A stretch of 64,000 bases of DNA from Gillisia sp. Lineage in GTDB: Bacteria > Bacteroidota > Bacteroidia > Flavobacteriales > Flavobacteriaceae. Shown here in pieces: positions 58,562-64,000 of the stretch (position 1 is the first letter of the stretch; each line of letters starts with the position of its first letter). The stretch is taken from contig JBGSWA010000021.1 of the NCBI GenBank assembly GCA_041752645.1, positions 62 through 64,061 on the forward strand. Reading direction: 5' to 3'. A model generated the notes under the pieces. It worked only from the letters and a program-made list of their open reading frames with translations, did no database searches and had not been told where the DNA came from. Made by a program: the position numbers and the translations under genes.

Positions 58562-59275
58562 ATGACAAAATTAAGTGTAAATATCAATAAAATCGCTACT
58601 TTGAGAAATGCCCGTGGCGGGAATGTCCCCAATTTACTCAAGTTTACCAAAGATATTGAATCTTATGGTGCACAGGGGATAACTGTTCATCCAAGACCTG
58701 ATGAGCGTCATATTCGCTATCAGGATGTCCTGGATTTAAAACAAGTTGTCACCACCGAATTTAATATTGAAGGAAATCCGATTTCAAAATTTATTGATCT
58801 TGTATTAATGGTGAAACCAACACAGGTAACCCTGGTGCCGGATGCAGAAGATGCAATTACATCCAATGCCGGGTGGGACACCCTGAAACACAAGGATTTT
58901 TTGAAAGAAGTAATTTTGGAATTTAAACAAAACGGGATCAGGACTTCTATTTTTGTCGATCCGGATATAAACATCATCGAGAATGCAGCGGCTACGGGGG
59001 CCGATAGAATTGAACTCTATACAGAGGATTATGCATCTCAGTTTTCCAAAGGCGATAAAGAGGTAGTGAAAATCTATGCCGAATGTGCGCGAATTGCAAC
59101 AAATTTTGGATTAGGAGTGAATGCCGGTCACGATCTTTCCCTGAAAAACATCCAATTTTTTAAAGAGCAGGTTCCCGGGTTATTGGAAGTTTCCATTGGC
59201 CATGCTTTGATCACCGAAGCCATTTATATGGGGCTGAAAACCACTATTCAAAAATATTTAAAACTCTTAAGTTAA
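58562..59275 (+). CDS. pdxJ: Pyridoxine 5'-phosphate synthase
   Basis: LSVNINKIATLRNARG, GITVHPRPDERHI, QVTLVP, VNAGHDL, EVSIGHALI. Confidence 0.98.
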   Translation: MTKLSVNINKIATLRNARGGNVPNLLKFTKDIESYGAQGITVHPRPDERHIRYQDVLDLKQVVTTEFNIEGNPISKFIDLVLMVKPTQVTLVPDAEDAITSNAGWDTLKHKDFLKEVILEFKQNGIRTSIFVDPDINIIENAAATGADRIELYTEDYASQFSKGDKEVVKIYAECARIATNFGLGVNAGHDLSLKNIQFFKEQVPGLLEVSIGHALITEAIYMGLKTTIQKYLKLLS

Positions 59276-60045
59276 TGATAAAATTACATTCGACCATACT
59301 TGGGGAAGGTCAGCCTTTTCTAATTCTGCACGGGTTTCTAGGAATGAGTGACAACTGGAAAACCCTGGGAAATAAATTTGCCGAGGCCGGATACCAGGTG
59401 CATCTTTTGGACCAGCGAAATCATGGCAGAAGCCCTCATACTCCTGAAATGAACTATGAAGTTTTGGCAAAGGACATTTTTGATTACTGTCAAACCCATA
59501 AGTTGAGGAATGTAATTCTTTTGGGGCATTCCATGGGAGGCAAAGCTGCTATGCTGACAGCAGGGAAATACCCGGATTTAATTGACAAACTTATCGTAGT
59601 AGATATCAGTCCAAAATATTATACGCTACATCATCAGCAAATTATGGAAGGTTTGAGCGCCCTTGAAAACGAAAATTTAACTTCAAGAGGAGAGGCGGAG
59701 GAATTCCTGTCAAAATTTGTGGGGGATCGGGGAACCCGCATGTTCCTGTTAAAGAACCTTTATTGGGAAACCAGGGAAAAACTTTCATTGCGGCTAAATT
59801 TAAAGGTTTTAAAAGAAACCATTGAAGAGATTGGCGCAGCCTTACCACCCGGGTTTAAGTTTGAGAAATCAACCTTGTTTATTAAAGGAGGAAAATCAAA
59901 TTATATTTCAAAAGATGACGAATCACTTATAGCAAGCCATTTTCCACTTGCCGAAATTAAGATCATCCCAAATGCGGGACATTGGGTACATGCTGAAAAA
60001 ACAAAGGATTTTTATGATAATGTACAGAGGTTTCTTACCTTCTGA
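59275..60045 (+). CDS. Alpha/beta-fold hydrolase (YbfF-like esterase)
   Basis: LHGFLGMSDNW, DQRNHGRS, GHSMGG, AGHWVHAE; TAATG coupling to pdxJ. Confidence 0.93.
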   Translation: MIKLHSTILGEGQPFLILHGFLGMSDNWKTLGNKFAEAGYQVHLLDQRNHGRSPHTPEMNYEVLAKDIFDYCQTHKLRNVILLGHSMGGKAAMLTAGKYPDLIDKLIVVDISPKYYTLHHQQIMEGLSALENENLTSRGEAEEFLSKFVGDRGTRMFLLKNLYWETREKLSLRLNLKVLKETIEEIGAALPPGFKFEKSTLFIKGGKSNYISKDDESLIASHFPLAEIKIIPNAGHWVHAEKTKDFYDNVQRFLTF

Positions 60046-60080
60046 CCTATTTTATTATGTATGCATAATAAAATAGGTCA
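60043..60080. repeat. Perfect 17-bp inverted repeat with 4-nt spacer upstream of fadL
   Basis: tgacctattttattatg (60043-60059), tatg, cataataaaataggtca (60064-60080); the arms are exact reverse complements. Confidence 0.9.
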
Positions 60081-60084
60081 ATTC

Positions 60085-60115
60085 CTTGCCTGATTTGTAA
60101 TTAATAGTAACTTTG
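60085..60115 (+). promoter_or_regulatory. sigma70 promoter of fadL-lipase (CTTG-N19-TAACTTTG)
   Basis: -33-like and -7 elements at typical spacing, 39 nt before the ATG. Confidence 0.6.
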
Positions 60116-60154
60116 GTTGTTGCGTAATATTAAAGAACCAAATCAATTTTAATT

Positions 60155-61405
60155 ATGAAAAAACTTTTATTGCTAATGCTTTTTATGTTTTCTGCAGCTG
60201 TAACTTATGCCGGAGGTTATCGTGTAAGTGTTCAGGGCCAGCGCGCCCTTGCTATGGGTCATACCGGTGTTGCTGTTGTGAATAGTGCCGAGTTGGGCTT
60301 TTTTAACCCTTCGGGACTTGTCTATCTTGAAAACAAAATAAATATTTCGGCCGGGGGTAGCGCAGTATTTTCGGATGTGGTTTGGCAAAATGAGGAATTC
60401 GGACAAATCTCAAGGACCGATAGCCCTGTGGGAACTCCTATCTATTTATATGCTTCATATAAGGTAAAGGATTGGTTGGCCTTAGGCTTAAGCGTTTATA
60501 CTCCTTATGGCAGTAGTGTTGATTGGGAAAAAGACTGGCCCGGATCTCACCTGGTCAACAATATTGAATTGGCAGCTATCTATGTTCAACCGGTTGCCTC
60601 TATTAAAATTGCAAAATACTTAAGTGTAGGCGGCGGACCAATTTACGTAACCGGAAGCGTTAATTTCAACAGAAATTTAAACAGGACCTTATCCGATATC
60701 GATGGGAACAGAAGCAATGTGACCATTGATGCCAGCGGGGTATCTGCCTGGGGCTGGTCTGCGGGTGCTATGATCACCCCGACAGAGAATTTCAGGATTG
60801 GTTTGAACTATCGTTCTGAAATAATGATAGATGCCGAAAATGGGGATGCCACCTTTAGCAATATACCCAATTCCCCGTTAACCCCTTTTGAAAACACTAC
60901 CTTCAAAGCTTCATTGCCACTCCCTGCTGAACTTACCGTTGGTGTTTCCTACGAATTTCTCAATAAATGGCTATTCGCAGTTGATTATAACCGCACCTAT
61001 TGGAATGTGTATGATTCCCTGGATATAGATTTCACCAGTGCTAACGTACCTGATTCCGAAAATCCGAGAAATTATGAAGATTCTTCCATTTACAGGTTCG
61101 GGGTGCAATACGATGCAAATGAAAGGTTCACGCTAAGGGCGGGATATTATTTTGATGAATCCCCCGTGCAGGCTGGGTATTTTGCGCCTGAGACTCCACG
61201 TAATGACGCAAGCGGGTATACCGGTGGTCTTTCATTCAATGTAAATGGAAATTTTGCCATAGATGCTTCTTTATTGTACATACGATTTAAAGAACTTCAG
61301 GCATCCTACGATCCATACTTTGAAAATGGGCAACAGGTCCCTTTTGGAGGGACTTATAAATCCAGTGCAATTGTTCCGGGATTAGGAATCACATATAAAT
61401 TATAA
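60155..61405 (+). CDS. OmpP1/FadL-family long-chain fatty acid outer membrane transporter
   Basis: Signal peptide, GGYRVSVQGQRALAMG, NPSG, VYTPYG, LRAGYYFDESP, C-terminal GLGITYKL. Confidence 0.9.
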   Translation: MKKLLLLMLFMFSAAVTYAGGYRVSVQGQRALAMGHTGVAVVNSAELGFFNPSGLVYLENKINISAGGSAVFSDVVWQNEEFGQISRTDSPVGTPIYLYASYKVKDWLALGLSVYTPYGSSVDWEKDWPGSHLVNNIELAAIYVQPVASIKIAKYLSVGGGPIYVTGSVNFNRNLNRTLSDIDGNRSNVTIDASGVSAWGWSAGAMITPTENFRIGLNYRSEIMIDAENGDATFSNIPNSPLTPFENTTFKASLPLPAELTVGVSYEFLNKWLFAVDYNRTYWNVYDSLDIDFTSANVPDSENPRNYEDSSIYRFGVQYDANERFTLRAGYYFDESPVQAGYFAPETPRNDASGYTGGLSFNVNGNFAIDASLLYIRFKELQASYDPYFENGQQVPFGGTYKSSAIVPGLGITYKL

Positions 61406-61421
61406 TAAACCAGATTATATA

Positions 61422-62984
61422 ATGAAAAATTATTTAAAATTTTTACCATTTCTGGCATTGGGATTCGTGTCCTGTGAGCCGGATTTAGACAACCCTATAG
61501 ATGAAGCAGGTTTTTATACCAATGGAGAAGCCGACTTTTCAAATTATGTGGCACTTGGAAATTCGCTTACCTCCGGCTATGCCGATGGCGCGCTTTATAT
61601 AACTGGACAGGAAAATTCCTTTCCTAATATTATGGCTCAACAATTTTCCCTGGTTCAGCAAACCGGGGCTTTCTCCCAGCCTTTGATGAACGATAACGCA
61701 GGAGGACTTCTGATGGGAGGAACTCAAATAACCGATAATAGAAGAGTGCTTGCGGTTGGTGCAAGTGGTCCATCTCCACAGATTTACGCAGGGGCCCCAA
61801 CTACAGATATTACAAAGGTGCTTTCCGGTCCTTTCAATAATATGGGGGTTCCCGGGGTAAAAAGTTTTCATTTGATGGCTCCTGGGTATGGAAATATTGC
61901 CGGGGTTGCAGTGGGAACTGCCAATCCATATTTTGTGCGTTTTGCTTCCTCGCCTCAAACGACAATCCTGGACGATGCAGTAGCCCAAAATCCAACTTTT
62001 TTTTCCCTTTTGGCAGGAAATAATGATGTATTGAGTTACGCAGTTTCAGGCGGAACAGGTGTAGATCAAAAAGAAAATCTTGACCCCTCTACCTATGGAC
62101 AAGACGATATTACCAGTCCTCTTGTGTTTGGTTCAGTGTATTCTCAAATTGTAACTGCGCTGCTTGGAACCGGGGCTGATGGAGTATTGATGAATATTCC
62201 AGATGTAACTACAATTCCCTTCTTTACAACAGTGCCATTTAATCCCTTGACAAAATCATTATTAGGTGGTGGGGATGAGCCTACGGGAACCGCGACAATT
62301 AATGTCCTAAATGCGCAGTTGTATGGCCCATTAAATGCGGCATTAACCGCATTCGGAGCAGGTGAAAGAATTAATTTACTCTCTACCACAGCTGATTTTA
62401 ATCCCTTATTGATCAAGGATGAATCCTTAACAGATCTGTCAGCTCAATTAACTGCTGCATTTACTCCCACCTTGGGAGTGGCAATGGCAACTTTTTATGG
62501 GAATGTTTTTGGACAAGCAAGACAAGCCAATGCAAGTGATTTAATATTATTGACGACATCTTCTGCCATTGGGACTGCGCCAGAAGGTATTCCTGCACCA
62601 TTAGATAAGTTTGGAATTACATACCCATTGCAAGATAGCCAGGTTTTAATACCGACGGAGATTCAGGCAATTTCTGAGGCCACTACATCGTATAATATTA
62701 TTATTAAAAACCTGGCTCAGGAAAAAGGCCTTGCATTTGTAGACAATAATGCGTTTTTTACACAAGTTGCCAATGGAGGAATTACCTATGATGGAGGCAC
62801 TGTTACTTCCCAATTCGTGACCGGAGGGGCATTTTCTTTAGATGGGGTTCATCCAACTCCAAGGGGTTATGCAGCTATGGCAAATCTTGTTATTGATGCA
62901 GTGAATCAAACCTATAGTTCTACCGTTCCAAAAGTGAACATCGGTAACTATGGGACTGTCACTCTAAGCAATGAGGTTCAGTAA
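61422..62984 (+). CDS. GDSL/SGNH-family lipolytic lipoprotein
   Basis: Lipobox FVSC, block I ALGNSLTSG, block III GNND, block V DGVHP. Confidence 0.9.
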   Translation: MKNYLKFLPFLALGFVSCEPDLDNPIDEAGFYTNGEADFSNYVALGNSLTSGYADGALYITGQENSFPNIMAQQFSLVQQTGAFSQPLMNDNAGGLLMGGTQITDNRRVLAVGASGPSPQIYAGAPTTDITKVLSGPFNNMGVPGVKSFHLMAPGYGNIAGVAVGTANPYFVRFASSPQTTILDDAVAQNPTFFSLLAGNNDVLSYAVSGGTGVDQKENLDPSTYGQDDITSPLVFGSVYSQIVTALLGTGADGVLMNIPDVTTIPFFTTVPFNPLTKSLLGGGDEPTGTATINVLNAQLYGPLNAALTAFGAGERINLLSTTADFNPLLIKDESLTDLSAQLTAAFTPTLGVAMATFYGNVFGQARQANASDLILLTTSSAIGTAPEGIPAPLDKFGITYPLQDSQVLIPTEIQAISEATTSYNIIIKNLAQEKGLAFVDNNAFFTQVANGGITYDGGTVTSQFVTGGAFSLDGVHPTPRGYAAMANLVIDAVNQTYSSTVPKVNIGNYGTVTLSNEVQ

Positions 62985-63059
62985 TTACAAGGCATAGATT
63001 TATCAATTACCTCAATAGGGGAGGAATCCTTAAATCTACATTATTATCATAAAGAATAT

Positions 63060-63086
63060 AAAACGCCGGAATTTTTCCGGCGTTTT
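63060..63086. terminator. Intrinsic (bidirectional) terminator after the lipase gene
   Basis: aaaacgccggaa-ttt-ttccggcgtttt: perfect 12-bp stem. Confidence 0.8.
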
Positions 63087-63126
63087 ATTTGCATTTTTGT
63101 AGGAAAATCAACTAAAAAATTAAATC

Positions 63127-63468
63127 ATGAAATTGATCATCCGCATTTTATTAACTGCTTTAGCCGTAATTTTAATAGCAGAATTCCTGCCGGGGGTCTC
63201 GGTAGAAAGTTATGTAACCGCAATTATTGTCGCAGTAGTGCTCGCCCTACTCAATCTTATTGTTAAACCCATCCTCGTGATATTGACCCTGCCGGTCACT
63301 ATTTTAACCCTGGGCCTGTTCCTGTTGGTGATTAATGCGGTAATTATTCTTATGGCAGGTTCCTTTATATCAGGATTTGGAGTGGATGGATTTTGGATCG
63401 CTTTAATTTTCAGCTTATTGCTTTCTGTTTTTCAATCTATCCTGTTTTCTGTTTTGGGGTCAGATTAG
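63127..63468 (+). CDS. YvlD/DUF360 4-TM membrane protein (annotated as phage holin family)
   Basis: PGVSV...AIIVAVVLALLNLIVKPIL..LTLPVTILTLGLFLLVINA...GFGVDGFW. Confidence 0.9.
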   Translation: MKLIIRILLTALAVILIAEFLPGVSVESYVTAIIVAVVLALLNLIVKPILVILTLPVTILTLGLFLLVINAVIILMAGSFISGFGVDGFWIALIFSLLLSVFQSILFSVLGSD

Positions 63469-63497
63469 GAATTTGCTGAAATTCAGGGTTTTGAAAC

Positions 63498-63528
63498 TTT
63501 GCCAACAATCAAAAATTATGTACTTTTG
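63498..63528 (+). promoter_or_regulatory. sigma70 promoter of tig (TTTG-N19-TACTTTTG)
   Basis: Full match to the Bacteroidota -33/-7 consensus, 26 nt before the ATG. Confidence 0.7.
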
Positions 63529-63554
63529 CACACCAATTTTTATAACAAGTTAAG

Positions 63555-64000
63555 ATGAATATTACCAGAGAGAATATCGATGAATTGAATGCGGTGGTAA
63601 AAGTAAATATCGCGAAAGAAGACTATAGTGACAAGGTTGATAATATATTAAAAGATTATCGGAAGACCGCCAATATCCCAGGTTTCAGGAAAGGTCACGT
63701 ACCTATGGGAATGGTTAAAAAACAATACGGGAAGTCCGTGCTTGTAGATGAGGTGAACAAAATGTTACAGGATGCGCTCAACAAATACCTTAGCGAAGAA
63801 AAACTGGATGTGCTTGGAAATCCGCTTCCCAAAGAACTGGAAGGTTTTGACTGGGACCAGGACAATTACTCCTTTGAATTTGAATTGGGCCTTTCGCCCC
63901 AGTTCGATGTGAATTTGCAGACCAAAGAACCAATTACCCATTATAAAATTGTTGCAGGTGATGAGATGATCGAGAATCAGATCAGGGAAATCCAAAAGCA
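63555..64000 (+). CDS. tig: Trigger factor, N-terminal part (runs off the window; absent from the ORF track)
   Basis: Manual translation MNITRENIDELNAVVKV...ANIPGFRKGHVP (GFRxG ribosome-binding motif); open to the window end. Confidence 0.95.
   Translation, partial: MNITRENIDELNAVVKVNIAKEDYSDKVDNILKDYRKTANIPGFRKGHVPMGMVKKQYGKSVLVDEVNKMLQDALNKYLSEEKLDVLGNPLPKELEGFDWDQDNYSFEFELGLSPQFDVNLQTKEPITHYKIVAGDEMIENQIREIQK

Noticed and set aside
63127-63468. Holin as a sign of a prophage
   Set aside because: YvlD/DUF360-type proteins are common chromosomal genes. No endolysin, integrase or structural phage genes are nearby.
252-63995. Numerous 60-170 aa antisense or alternate-frame ORFs inside long genes (e.g. 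17696-18406, 39218-39736, 43739-44146, 61539-61988)
   Set aside because: They are fully nested in well-supported genes and show the typical antisense shadow composition, with no motifs or independent expression signals.
1-64000. CRISPR arrays, tRNA or rRNA genes
   Set aside because: No regularly spaced repeats. All intergenic gaps are short and AT-rich, with no cloverleaf or rRNA-like sequence.

Overview
Core-chromosome window of a Flavobacteriaceae (Bacteroidota) genome, inferred from SprA/PorP/PorG/RemB, the ACIII-aa3 gene set and many TAnnTTTG promoter boxes. Order: infB 3' end; a decayed IS1634-family element inside a long direct repeat; SPOR protein; actABCDEF-coxB-coxA (alternative complex III plus aa3 oxidase); ruvB, P450, queG, maeB, ruvA, sprA, gcvH, VanZ-family, TonB, remB; a second oxidase cluster (cyoE, two subunit III genes, subunit IV, pseudo-SCO, SCO, DUF420, a small CxxC protein); a MacAB-TolC-like ABC export cluster; tsaB, mscS, YyaL-like, dodecin, NifU, PorP; the minus-strand nadK-porG-uppS-bamA-skp-skp-murI block; CBS protein, pdxJ, esterase, FadL, GDSL lipoprotein, YvlD-type membrane protein and the 5' end of tig. 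No rRNA, tRNA, CRISPR, prophage or intact mobile element was seen. The most notable unannotated structure is at 860-1760: an internally deleted IS1634-type element (CCTG...CAGG, with N- and C-terminal transposase remnants) flanked by about 180 bp direct repeats that duplicate the infB/SPOR 3' ends and their terminator. Other leads are a Cys-free SCO paralogue, a CAMC microprotein in the oxidase assembly cluster, and several operator- or promoter-like motifs. All family calls come from motif recognition by eye; no searches were run.
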